Below are positions 1-10,245 of a stretch of DNA of 59,200 bases, in pieces. The number at the start of each line of letters is the position of its first letter. Positions within the stretch are counted from its first letter, which is position 1. Under the pieces are notes generated by a model. It searched no databases, was not told the origin of the DNA, and saw only the letters and a list, made by a program, of their open reading frames with translations. The DNA lies in NCBI GenBank assembly GCA_036380415.1, contig DASVEV010000025.1:1-59200 (forward strand), written 5' to 3'. This DNA is from Nitrososphaeraceae archaeon. GTDB lineage: Archaea > Thermoproteota > Nitrososphaeria > Nitrososphaerales > Nitrososphaeraceae. Both the position numbers and the translations under genes were made by a program.

Positions 1-220
1 ACTATAGAAATAAAGAAATCTGATTCAGGAAGTATCTATACATAACCAATCAACTTTAATAATTTTTTATCTCTTATATGTTGTAATGAACTTACAAATA
101 ATATTGTAAATGATGTACGAACAGTAGATTATAATTGCAACACAAGATAAAATAATAGATTTTCTAAAAAGTAAATTTTTTCATAAACTTGATAAATGAC
201 AGTATCTTTTTAAGGATATA

Positions 221-670
221 TTGGTTAATATCGATACTACTGCATCACTTGAAAGTTTTAGAAAATTTATTATTGTGAGTACTTGTAAATCGTTCATTCC
301 TGAAAGTTATTTTCGTGATTATGAAGTCTTTCCGGAACGGGAAGATGGCCCAGGGGCTATATATATCGAGGCTGTTGATAAGGTAACTTTAAAACGAATT
401 AGAGAAATGACTTTTGTAAATGCAAAAGATATTTTAGGAATCATATATTCTTCCAAGAGTGGCAACACTCAATTAAAATGGAGACAAATCAGGAAAAAAT
501 CAGGCAAAGTTAATGGAACGGCATCACCTAATGCATTAGTTAATCTTGTAGAATCAGGAGTATTAACGCAAGACTGGGTGGATGACTATCTTGCATCGGC
601 CCAAAATTTAAATAAATCAACGAATCAATCAAATGAATCCACGGGATCAAACTCAAGTCCAGCCGTTTGA
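221..670 (+). CDS. conserved hypothetical protein (thaumarchaeal type)
   Basis: 149-aa ORF, TTG start, AT-rich TATA-like sequence upstream, co-oriented with pelota; no motif recognised. Confidence 0.7.
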   Translation: MVNIDTTASLESFRKFIIVSTCKSFIPESYFRDYEVFPEREDGPGAIYIEAVDKVTLKRIREMTFVNAKDILGIIYSSKSGNTQLKWRQIRKKSGKVNGTASPNALVNLVESGVLTQDWVDDYLASAQNLNKSTNQSNESTGSNSSPAV

Positions 671-707
671 TTTGAAAAATCCGCCATACCTAATAAATAT
701 ATAAAAT

Positions 708-1781
708 ATGAAAAGTAAAGAGGTGGCAAGTACTTCTGGTAAGGCTATGTTTATTATTCCAGAAGATTCTGACGATCTTTTTACTTTAAGAAGGATCATC
801 AAGACAGATAATATAGTAGTTTCTGATACCTCTCGAGTTATAAAATTTGAAAATGAATATTCTAGACCAGATAGAGAAAGAGTCAAAATCCGTGTATCTG
901 TTAAAGTAGAGAAAATAGGTCTAGATGAATCAATAGATAGATTGAGACTAGCTGGGACAATAATTGAATCAAATAATAGTCTTGTACCAAAAGGTACTTA
1001 TCATTCAATTATAGTTCAAATTGGAAATAACATTGTTGTTGATAAAGGTAAAAAATGGGAAGATCTAGATTTAAAACTTTTGAAACCTGATGTTGCCGGG
1101 ACTTTTATTATTGTAGCCATTGATACAAAGGAAGCTGGAATTGCGAAAATAACTGGAACTCATCTAGAAGTTATTCCAAATATTTACTCAGGCCAAAGCG
1201 GAAAATACTATACCCATGGAGCCAAAAATAATCCCAATATAGAAGTATTCTTTGAAGAAGCATACCTTGCATTAAATAATATAGTATATGAAGATGGAAA
1301 CTATAAAATAATAGTATTTGGCCCCGGAGAAACAAAAAGAAGGTTTTACAATTTTATCATAGGTAAAAAATCTGGTTATAAAGATATGGCAACTGTTATT
1401 GATGGGATTGATGTGGCAGGCGAAGATGGGGTAATGGTATTTCTCAGATCTTCTTCACTCAAAGAAGTTATGAGCTCTAGTAAAATATCCTTTGTATCTG
1501 CAATATTAGATAATATCATGTTACAGGTGAGTAGAGGTGAGGAAAAATATGTGATGGGATTTAGAGAAGTCGGTGAGGCAATAAAATTAAAATCCGTTGA
1601 GTCCCTCGTTTTTTCTGATTCTATATTTAAAGATTTAAAGGAAGAACAAATAATAAACATGCTAAATACAGCAGAAACGTATGGAGCTAATGTATATGCT
1701 GTTGACTCTTCAACAGATATAGGATTAAGAGTATCTGCATTAGGTGGCATAGTTGCATTGCTTCGATACCAAATTCGTTAG
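708..1781 (+). CDS. pelA: mRNA surveillance protein Pelota (Dom34)
   Basis: PEDSDDLFTLRRII N-terminal motif, GPGETK, C-terminal LGGIVALLRY of the eRF1/pelota family. Confidence 0.93.
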   Translation: MKSKEVASTSGKAMFIIPEDSDDLFTLRRIIKTDNIVVSDTSRVIKFENEYSRPDRERVKIRVSVKVEKIGLDESIDRLRLAGTIIESNNSLVPKGTYHSIIVQIGNNIVVDKGKKWEDLDLKLLKPDVAGTFIIVAIDTKEAGIAKITGTHLEVIPNIYSGQSGKYYTHGAKNNPNIEVFFEEAYLALNNIVYEDGNYKIIVFGPGETKRRFYNFIIGKKSGYKDMATVIDGIDVAGEDGVMVFLRSSSLKEVMSSSKISFVSAILDNIMLQVSRGEEKYVMGFREVGEAIKLKSVESLVFSDSIFKDLKEEQIINMLNTAETYGANVYAVDSSTDIGLRVSALGGIVALLRYQIR

Positions 1782-1856
1782 ATAGTTTTTTTATCTCTAT
1801 AAATTATTTGGTAATGAAATGTTACTTTCCTTCTACTATAAAATATTGATTGAAGG

Positions 1857-2618
1857 TCAAGCATTTCTGCGACTGACTATGACCGTAACGTTATCTCTAC
1901 CGCCATTATTGTTAGCTATTTCTACTAGGGTTTTACATATCTCATCAGATTTTTTTTTGTAGTTCTTTGTGAATATATCTAATATGTCGTTTTCGTATAT
2001 CATATCTGTAAGACCATCAGAACATAGAAGTAAATACTCCCCTTGATGCCATTTACAATTAGTTAGATATGGATTAATTTGTTCACTTATACCCAAAGCT
2101 TGCGCTAAAATATGTCTCAACGGATGTTTGTCTGCATATTCTTTAGAAATTTTTCCATCTCTGTATTGATTTTCTGCTAATGTATGATCTATTGTCAGCT
2201 TTGATATCTTTTCTCTTTGGATATCAATAATATATAATCTGCTATCTCCAATATTTGCAATATGTAAATTATTTGTTTCAGATATTACACAAAGAACTAG
2301 TGTTGTTCCCATATTGTATAACGAAGGGTTATGTGATCCTTCTATTCTAATTTTAAAATTTGCAAGATTTAATGCTTGAACTAAATAGTTATCTATTTCT
2401 ATTTCTTTTAAAATATTATTTTCTATTCGGTCGGTTAAATATTTAGAAACTATTTCTACCGCCAATTTACTTGCTATTTCGCCTCCATTGTGACCTCCCA
2501 TTCCATCTGCAATTATTAAAATTTTAGATTCTATATTGATATATACAGAGTCTTCGTTATTTGCTCTGACTTTTCCAACATCCGTATAAACAGAGACTTC
2601 TATGTTATTTGGGAGCAC
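1857..2618 (-). CDS. PP2C/PPM-family Ser/Thr protein phosphatase (Stp1/PrpC type)
   Basis: TDVGKVRANNED, ADGMGGH, MGTT, IGDSR, LLCSDGL and GGRDNVT motifs all present. Confidence 0.93.
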   Translation of the reverse strand: MLPNNIEVSVYTDVGKVRANNEDSVYINIESKILIIADGMGGHNGGEIASKLAVEIVSKYLTDRIENNILKEIEIDNYLVQALNLANFKIRIEGSHNPSLYNMGTTLVLCVISETNNLHIANIGDSRLYIIDIQREKISKLTIDHTLAENQYRDGKISKEYADKHPLRHILAQALGISEQINPYLTNCKWHQGEYLLLCSDGLTDMIYENDILDIFTKNYKKKSDEICKTLVEIANNNGGRDNVTVIVSRRNA

Positions 2619-2722
2619 TATAAATTATAATTATTCAAACATTTTAAGTTTACCTAAGTAATTAGTAAATTTTACTTCAGTATTTGAAGATATTAATACC
2701 CATAGTATAACTATTTTGATAT

Positions 2723-3058
2723 TTAGCTTTTGATTGAATCTATCATCCATTTTAAATATGATTTAGAGACATCGTTCATCTTAACTTCAATGATTTCTGG
2801 AACATCATAGGGGTGGATTCTTGCAACTTCTAATTTTAGTTTAGTAGCCAAAGATTTGGTTGTTTTCAATAGGACCATGATCTCCTCATGATCTTCAAGC
2901 TTGTTACTCCAAGAATAAAATGACCTTATAGGCACTAAACTAATACATGCGCATAATTTTTTTTCTATAATTAGATCATTAACATTCTGAATTATTGATT
3001 CCTTATTTGGGAATGTGGATATTATTATGACTGCTGACTGGTTTCTCCCACGTCTCAT
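2723..3058 (-). CDS. cutA: divalent-cation tolerance protein CutA
   Basis: LCAC..., SFYSW...E, HPYDVPEII and YLKW motifs. Confidence 0.92.
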   Translation of the reverse strand: MRRGRNQSAVIIISTFPNKESIIQNVNDLIIEKKLCACISLVPIRSFYSWSNKLEDHEEIMVLLKTTKSLATKLKLEVARIHPYDVPEIIEVKMNDVSKSYLKWMIDSIKS

Positions 3059-4148
3059 TGGTACTTAAACTATAACAGAGTATTATAAGATTTTAGATCA
3101 TTTTTTTGATACTATCTTCTTATTATGTGCATGTTAAAAGGATTTTGCAAATTTTATCAAACAATAATATAGAAATTTAATAGTTTAGTTTCATTCACTA
3201 AGGTAAATAATTTGTAGTTTTTTTATTATATCTATCAAAGTTAGCAATAAAACAGAGTATCAATTTATACAATACATGTTAAATTGCTAGTGTATGATTG
3301 AAGAATGAAATTTATTGCTTTCAGATTGTAAAGTTTATTCTCCTTTGGCTATTTACTCGATTAAGGTGTTATATTAAAAAACTATGGGTTTATTAAGCAC
3401 ATAAAATTGCTATTGTGTAATTTTAAGAATACAAATAATAATATTGAATATTGGGAATTCACACAAGATTTTAGGTGAAAAGTTGTTTATTGTATGTATT
3501 GAAATTGCAGATTTTGTTATGTTATCATTAACAATATTGCGTCTCTTCAAAATAACAATTATTACTGTCAATTAAAAAATTAACGCAACAAACTAAAAAT
3601 TAATATTATTATGTATCACTATAAATAAATGTACATTCAAGTCAATACAAATTTTTATCAAGTCTATTTACTATGAATTATTTTATTCTTATGTCACGTA
3701 GTATTCTATATTATAATAGGCTTTTACTTAGTACAACTTTATATGGGTTATAAAGTTTAAAATATTTGAAGGTAATATAATTTATTTTCTAATAAAATAA
3801 AATATTAATTAGAACTTATTAATCACTCGTTTATTCATGTATTTTTAATAGTGATATGTTGTTAAGCTGAGCTTTGGGCTCAGGGTTTGCTATTACTAGT
3901 CAATCCTCTGCAACTTTCTTATTTAGAAGTAGTCTAGATTAAAATTAAACTATTATTATTTGACCATTTATTAATATTTTAAAAATATATAAAAATACAA
4001 TAAATTTCTTCTAAGTTTAATTAATAATGCCTAAAATAACTTGAAATAGAATTATTGTAAACAAATGATTTTTCACAAATTATACATAAGATAATTGATG
4101 ATTAAACAATACTATTAATATTATTTAATATCATTGTTCTCAATATAA

Positions 4149-5201
4149 ATGACAACAGGATTCTTGTTTTTTTTATTTAAAAGAATCATCAATGTGTTTA
4201 TAGTCTTGTTTTCAATTCTTGTTTTAACTATCTCTCTTCTAGGTCCAACAATGGATAATGTAATTAAGGATTCAGTGAAATACAGTGTAATAGACAGTTT
4301 AAGTAATCAAAAAGTCGAGTTTAAGGATATTACAGAACGCCAAACATATATCGACCAACAGATTAAATTGCAGATTAAAAATTTAGGGTTAGAAGAACCA
4401 TGGTATTCTCCAAATCGATTTTTTAATACTTTATTCAAAGTTATGGTGCTAGATCTTGGAAAATCAAATTTCTTCGTAAGTGATTCAGGATCTTCATCTG
4501 TAAAAGATATAATACTGGAAAAAATTCCTAAAACTCTTTTACTTTTTACAACGTCAACAATAGTAATTGCTTTAATGGGTGTTTATTTAGGTGTTTTTTT
4601 GGCTAGTCGTGCGGAATCAAAATTGGATAGGACAAATTCAGTCTTTGCTATTTTCAGTAATAGTATTCCCGTTTGGTGGTTTGGAATGATAATGATATTT
4701 ATTTTCGCGTTCTCACTCAATATATTCCCGGCCCGTTCAACACCATTAACTCCTCCCGATGATCCATACTATATCTTTGATTTGCTATATCATATGATCC
4801 TTCCATTTATTACAATGGTAATTCTTGGATTCGGATCTGTTGCATATATTGTTAGACATATAGTTTCTGGAATATTACAAGAAGACTTTATCAAAGCGAA
4901 ATTTGCAATGGGTATTCCTAAAAAAAAAATACTTTATTCGCATGCTCTCAAAAATGCAGCCCCTCCTATAGTTACAATGATAGCCCTAGGTCTAGCTGGA
5001 TCTTTTGGAGGAGCTTTCACTGTTGAAGTAGTTTTTGATTGGCCAGGAATGGGAAAATTATATTTTGATGCTATTGGATTGATGGACGTTCCCATAATTA
5101 TCGGGCTTACATATGTCTCTACATTGATATTTCTTTTAACAGTTTTTTTTATAGATATAATTTATGCATATTTGGATCCTAGGGTGAAATTAAATGAGTA
5201 G
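4149..5201 (+). CDS. peptide/nickel ABC transporter permease (DppB/OppB type)
   Basis: LDLGKS, hydrophobic helices, EAA-like loop (FIKAKFAMG...HALKNA), VEVVFDWPGMG, YAYLDPR. Confidence 0.92.
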   Translation: MTTGFLFFLFKRIINVFIVLFSILVLTISLLGPTMDNVIKDSVKYSVIDSLSNQKVEFKDITERQTYIDQQIKLQIKNLGLEEPWYSPNRFFNTLFKVMVLDLGKSNFFVSDSGSSSVKDIILEKIPKTLLLFTTSTIVIALMGVYLGVFLASRAESKLDRTNSVFAIFSNSIPVWWFGMIMIFIFAFSLNIFPARSTPLTPPDDPYYIFDLLYHMILPFITMVILGFGSVAYIVRHIVSGILQEDFIKAKFAMGIPKKKILYSHALKNAAPPIVTMIALGLAGSFGGAFTVEVVFDWPGMGKLYFDAIGLMDVPIIIGLTYVSTLIFLLTVFFIDIIYAYLDPRVKLNE

Positions 5202-6798
5202 TAAACAAGGTGATAACAACAACAATAACAATAAAAATAACAAACGTAAACACTCTAATAATGAAACTAACAATAACAATAATTCCGATTCTAATACCAG
5301 AAAGATAGAATATGCTACTTCTAAAAAGAATTTAATACTAAATAATAACAAGGAGGATGAATATATTCAAAATGTAAATGACAATTTAACTTTTATATAT
5401 GAATTTATACGAAGCAAAAGCGCTATTGCAGGAGTACTTATTCTTTTATTTTTGGTATCTATGACCCTATATGCTTTTTTTGGGATACCGTTTGCATCTT
5501 TTAAAGAATGGAACAATCCAAATTACTGGATAGATAATCCTCGACTTGCATCACCTATCTGGAGTGATTTTTTTGGATTGCTAGAAAGAAATGTACCAGA
5601 ACATATGATTCTTTCTTCTTCTGCTGGTAGTGATGAAGATGTGAATAATAGCGAAAATAAGGTAATAATATCTACCACAAATGAATATGGTGTTAACGTC
5701 GTTACTCATTCATATCATATTAATTATAATTCTGATATTCCACCAAATGATTTCATGATAACGTATTCACTACATAAAGAAGAAATTCCTCCTGCCATTG
5801 AAATAGAAGTAATAAATCCAAACAAAAATACATTTAATATTTATTTCGATTCAATTACTCCATCAATCTCTGGTTCAAATCAAAGCATAACATTGGGAAG
5901 AATATTTTCTACAGATAATTTAATCCATCAAAAACTACTTGATTACTTGAAATTTTATGATTATAAACAAGATACTTCAAAACCTGAAGTAATGCTATTT
6001 TCAAATCAGGAGAAACGATCAATCCTGAAAGGAAATTACACTTTCAATGTTAAATTTTATCTCTTCCATAACGAAGACAAAATTCTAAATTCTAAATTAA
6101 TTCTTGGAGGCGAAAAATTTGGATTAATGGGCACAGACGAATTACGTAGGGATTTAACTGTTGGGTTGGTGTGGGGAGCACCTGTTGCTTTATTTATCGG
6201 CCTATCTGTTTCTACAATTTCCATTGTAATAGGGATGATATATGGTGTTATTGCAGGATACAAAGGAAAAAGAACCGATGAAGGTTTAATGAGAATTAAT
6301 GATATCTTCTATTCTTTACCAACTTTGCCGCTTTTGATTATTTTGTCTTTATTTATTGGAAGAAGTATTTTTCTTATTGTTTTATTTTTAATATTTTTTG
6401 GATGGATGGGTACTGCTAAGATTTCACGAAGTCTAGCATTACAGATAAAGAATTTTCAATATGTAGAAGCAGCAAAGCTTATTGGACAACCAGACATTAA
6501 AATAATCTTTAAACATATTATTCCTCAACTACTTCCTTTAACTTTTGCAAGCATTGCTATCTCCGTTCCAGGAGCAATTCTAGCCGAGGCTTCTCTTAGC
6601 TTCATTGGCCTAGGAGATCCATCTATTCCGACATGGGGTCAAATTCTTCATGAGGCTCATATTGCCGCAGCAGCCTCAAGAGGTCTATGGTGGTGGTTAA
6701 TACCTCCTGGCATCTTAATTGCTTTAACAGGACTAGCTTTTGTTCTTATTGGAAATACAATAGACTCGGTCTTGAATCCCAAGATGAAAAGAGTGTAA
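5194..6798 (+). CDS. peptide/nickel ABC transporter permease (DppC/OppC type) with Asn-rich N-terminus and large extracellular insertion
   Basis: LMGTDELRRD, YVEAAKLIG, KHIIP, EASLSFIGLG, WGQIL, WWWLIPPG; overlaps dppB stop. Confidence 0.92.
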   Translation: MSSKQGDNNNNNNKNNKRKHSNNETNNNNNSDSNTRKIEYATSKKNLILNNNKEDEYIQNVNDNLTFIYEFIRSKSAIAGVLILLFLVSMTLYAFFGIPFASFKEWNNPNYWIDNPRLASPIWSDFFGLLERNVPEHMILSSSAGSDEDVNNSENKVIISTTNEYGVNVVTHSYHINYNSDIPPNDFMITYSLHKEEIPPAIEIEVINPNKNTFNIYFDSITPSISGSNQSITLGRIFSTDNLIHQKLLDYLKFYDYKQDTSKPEVMLFSNQEKRSILKGNYTFNVKFYLFHNEDKILNSKLILGGEKFGLMGTDELRRDLTVGLVWGAPVALFIGLSVSTISIVIGMIYGVIAGYKGKRTDEGLMRINDIFYSLPTLPLLIILSLFIGRSIFLIVLFLIFFGWMGTAKISRSLALQIKNFQYVEAAKLIGQPDIKIIFKHIIPQLLPLTFASIAISVPGAILAEASLSFIGLGDPSIPTWGQILHEAHIAAAASRGLWWWLIPPGILIALTGLAFVLIGNTIDSVLNPKMKRV

Positions 6799-6893
6799 TT
6801 ACATGGACATATTTCTCCTCCCTTTTTTTTTATTGATTCTTCAATATAACAATCATAAAAAAAAATTTATGTGTGAAAATCTAATAATAACGA

Positions 6894-7856
6894 ATGAATG
6901 TACTTAGTGAAAAGATTAATGATTATTTATTAAGGCCAAAGTCTTGCAACTATTTTCAGAAATTTGTCATGTTAAGTACTATGATCTTTATAATTTCAGG
7001 ATTAAATTTAATTGGTGATAATGATTATGTATTTGCACAAGTAAATGCTTCTTCTCCTCCTCCTCCATCTCCATCCAATAATAGTCAACAAACACAAGAA
7101 TCTCTAGGATCAACAAATAGAGATGCTATATTGTCTTATGAACAAGGAAATAAATTTTTGAATGCTAAAAATTATGATCAAGCTCTAATATCTTATAAAA
7201 ATGCAATTACATTCGATCCAAATTGGGCTGCACCTCTAATTAAACAGGGGAATACCTATTTTGAATTAGCCAATTATACTACAGCTATAGAATCATACGA
7301 TAAAGCATTTGCTATATTGGGAAATTTAGATGAAAAAGTAAAATCTATTGATAAAAATAATGGCCCCAAACCTTATTGGCTTGATATTTGGTTTGACAAA
7401 GGAGAAGCGCTTACTAACTTAAAAAAATTTGATGATGCAATAGCTTTATACGATAATTTAATTTCCCTCGATCCAAATTGGGCTAATCCTTGGAATAGTA
7501 TAGGCTGGGCGCTGCAAAAACAAGGTAAAAATGATGAGGCCGTCACTGCATTTGATAAAGCAACCAAATTGAAACCAACTTGGGCTAAACCATGGAATAG
7601 TAAAGGATGGGCATTATACAAAATAGGAAAATTTGACGAAGCATTATTCTCTTTTGATAAAGCCATAGCTCTAGAACCAAAATGGGATAAACCTTGGTTT
7701 AATAAAGGAAAAATATTTTATGATCTAGATAAATATCCAGATGCTAAACAATTTGTGGAACATGCATTATCTTTGAAAGCAGATCCTAAAAGTTCTGCTT
7801 TATTGGAAAGTATTAATACAAAAATACAACAGTCGTCAACAACAACAATTCAGTAA
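6894..7856 (+). CDS. secreted or membrane-anchored tetratricopeptide repeat protein
   Basis: Hydrophobic N-terminal segment, Pro/Ser/Gln linker, then about 34-aa TPR units (W..KG.AL...G..DEA...FDKA..L.P); true start may be downstream. Confidence 0.88.
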   Translation: MNVLSEKINDYLLRPKSCNYFQKFVMLSTMIFIISGLNLIGDNDYVFAQVNASSPPPPSPSNNSQQTQESLGSTNRDAILSYEQGNKFLNAKNYDQALISYKNAITFDPNWAAPLIKQGNTYFELANYTTAIESYDKAFAILGNLDEKVKSIDKNNGPKPYWLDIWFDKGEALTNLKKFDDAIALYDNLISLDPNWANPWNSIGWALQKQGKNDEAVTAFDKATKLKPTWAKPWNSKGWALYKIGKFDEALFSFDKAIALEPKWDKPWFNKGKIFYDLDKYPDAKQFVEHALSLKADPKSSALLESINTKIQQSSTTTIQ

Positions 7857-7900
7857 TTTAAGTTATATATTATTTATTGTGGATAACAAAACTAAAACAA

Positions 7901-8215
7901 TTAAAAAAATTTTCTAAGGATTGAAATATTATCAGGAGAAAGTTTGATAGTATATGCTGATGCGTCTTCAGAATAAACCTTAGAGAGAGCATCCAAAAAT
8001 CTGGCCTTGTCCATTCCTCTATCAAAGGTACCACCAGATTCTTTAATACAAAGAGGAAATTTTTGCATTTTCAATCCTTTGCTATTTAAATAATGAATGA
8101 ATTTTATATATCTATCAGTATCATAAGAATTAACGCTTTTTTCATTGCATAACATTATCCAAACATCTATTGTATTTTGATAAAAAGCTTTATCACGTAA
8201 TTCTTCAAGTGTCAT
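7901..8215 (-). CDS. conserved hypothetical protein
   Basis: 104-aa ORF with ATG start and protein-like composition filling the intergenic space. Confidence 0.7.
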   Translation of the reverse strand: MTLEELRDKAFYQNTIDVWIMLCNEKSVNSYDTDRYIKFIHYLNSKGLKMQKFPLCIKESGGTFDRGMDKARFLDALSKVYSEDASAYTIKLSPDNISILRKFF

Positions 8216-8334
8216 TATATGTAGATATTAAAATATACCTTTTCACATATATTTTTACTTTGTTGCAATTCTAAATTATATTTTAGACTACCTTGATAAT
8301 ATCAAGATAAGATTGCTATTGGCTACATTTTACT

Positions 8335-8796
8335 TTATTCAATTATCAGATCAATATTATTTCCATTGCGATCAAACGCACCTATTGTTTCATATTCGTA
8401 TGGATAGCTAATTATTATAGAAACTACTCCGAAAAAATTGTTCAAATCTTGTAACGATGGTCTATTAGAACCGCCTGGATGAGAATGGGCTGTTCCTATA
8501 TAAGAAAGGTCCATAGGCAACTCGTTTGTTGGGAAACCTGAGTAATAAGGCCCACTTGACGCGAAAGGCGGAACTACTAATCCATCAATTCGTATTTCTC
8601 CATTTTTCTTGCTTTTACCTTGCAGAATAAGAATTCCTTCGTGAGGGTGCCATGTCTTTGAGTATGTTATAATTCCATCTGCAGATTGTTTTGTAAGAAT
8701 TACCTGTCGGTTATATTCAACTTGTGTTTTTTTGCTTTTATCTTTAACAGTAACTGCAGATCCATCTTTTTTATTTTTTAAGAAATTAAAAAACAA
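8335..8796 (-). CDS. JAMM/MPN+ (Mov34) metalloprotease
   Basis: HPHE...HSHPGGSNRPSLQD is an intact JAMM motif E-xn-H-S-H-x7-S-x2-D. Confidence 0.9.
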   Translation of the reverse strand: MFFNFLKNKKDGSAVTVKDKSKKTQVEYNRQVILTKQSADGIITYSKTWHPHEGILILQGKSKKNGEIRIDGLVVPPFASSGPYYSGFPTNELPMDLSYIGTAHSHPGGSNRPSLQDLNNFFGVVSIIISYPYEYETIGAFDRNGNNIDLIIE

Positions 8797-8895
8797 TTAT
8801 GAAATATGATAATAAAAATGATATTTATTAATATCTACCAATTCTTCAAACTTAGACATATTTTTTAATGGCTTTGTTTAACAAATAATGACATC

Positions 8896-10158
8896 ATGAC
8901 TAAAAACTGTACAATGATCTTGTCAGAATTAGGACCATTTGTATTTGACAACGAAAATGAGTTAATTTATTCAAAAAAATTCAAAAATATTATTTCTTCT
9001 AATATTTTAATTTCCAATGGTGATTATTCTGAAATTCTTGATATCTCTGATAAATTACGTAACTATGATTCTGTCTTTAGTAATGATACAGGTTTGATAT
9101 TCTATCTTCGAAATAATGGAATTAATGTTTATGGAATGCCTTCCGAAAAAATTAAACAGATTTCAAAACATAAACTCAATTACCTTATACAGGCTGGTTT
9201 TGCTGAAAATGAACGTGATGCACATATACAACTAAGACAATTTGCTCTCGATTTTTCTTCTAGTAAAGTGCGACGAATTTCAGAGAAACTTGATCTCCAT
9301 ATCAGTCAGTCAATTAATGCTCTTGATGAACTAGATAAAATCATAAATGTGATAGGAGCAAGACTTCGTGAATGGTATGGATTACATTTTCCTGAACTTG
9401 ATTATTTAATACAGAATATCTTTACCTATGCTGAGATCGTTAGATTAGCAGGAAATCGAAACAATATCGATTTAAATATGCTTGAAAATCTTGGAATAGA
9501 AAGTAAAAGAGCAGAAATGGTACTTGTAGCTGTTGAAAGAAGTAAAGGTGGAGATATTTTAGAAGAAAATCTGTCTATAATAAAAAAACTTGCTAATGAA
9601 GTTATAATGCAAACTGAATTAAGAAGAATTCTTGCCCATCAAATTGAAGAGATGATGGAAAAAATTGCTCCAAACCTCAAGGATATATTAACCGCCACTG
9701 TTGGAGCAAGGTTGATGGCTAAAGCTGGAAGTCTCCAAAAACTTTCTATCATGCCATCTAGTACTATTCAAATAATAGGCGCTGAAAAAGCACTTTTTAG
9801 ATCTTTAAAAACAGGAGCCCCTCCTCCAAAACATGGAATTTTGTTTCAACATCCTATATTACATTCAGCACCTAAATGGCAAAGAGGAAAGATGGCTAGA
9901 GCAATTGCTTCTAAGGTCGCTATTGCAGTAAGAATAGATCTATTTAGGAATGGCGAAAAGGATTTGTATATTTCGGAACAACTGAATAAACGAATAGCTG
10001 AGATACAAGAAAAATATAAAGAACCAAGAGTTGGTGAACAAAAACCCTATAGAAATGAAATGATGATGAATTATAATAGAAATCCAAAAAGACGAATGAA
10101 TAAATTCACTAAAAAATATGCAAAGAAAAACAAATTTTCTAAGAGAAATAGATACTAA
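8896..10158 (+). CDS. nop5: C/D box sRNP protein Nop5 (Nop56/58)
   Basis: REWYGLHFPEL, APNL...VGARL, IQIIGAEKALF, PKHG, RGKMAR; basic tail; upstream of fibrillarin. Confidence 0.95.
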   Translation: MTKNCTMILSELGPFVFDNENELIYSKKFKNIISSNILISNGDYSEILDISDKLRNYDSVFSNDTGLIFYLRNNGINVYGMPSEKIKQISKHKLNYLIQAGFAENERDAHIQLRQFALDFSSSKVRRISEKLDLHISQSINALDELDKIINVIGARLREWYGLHFPELDYLIQNIFTYAEIVRLAGNRNNIDLNMLENLGIESKRAEMVLVAVERSKGGDILEENLSIIKKLANEVIMQTELRRILAHQIEEMMEKIAPNLKDILTATVGARLMAKAGSLQKLSIMPSSTIQIIGAEKALFRSLKTGAPPPKHGILFQHPILHSAPKWQRGKMARAIASKVAIAVRIDLFRNGEKDLYISEQLNKRIAEIQEKYKEPRVGEQKPYRNEMMMNYNRNPKRRMNKFTKKYAKKNKFSKRNRY

Positions 10159-10245
10159 TTTAAAAATATATATTGATTTACTAGGTAAAAGTCTATGTGT
10201 GTTATATTTAAATATCATTTAACGAATCATCATTTATGTATTTAG

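Noticed and set aside
1-45. Possible 3' end of an upstream plus-strand gene (TIEIKKSDSGSIYT*)
   Set aside because: Only 14 codons are visible, too short to support a call
3059-4148. AT-rich gap as a replication origin
   Set aside because: No cdc6/orc1 nearby and no repeated ORB-like G-string elements seen
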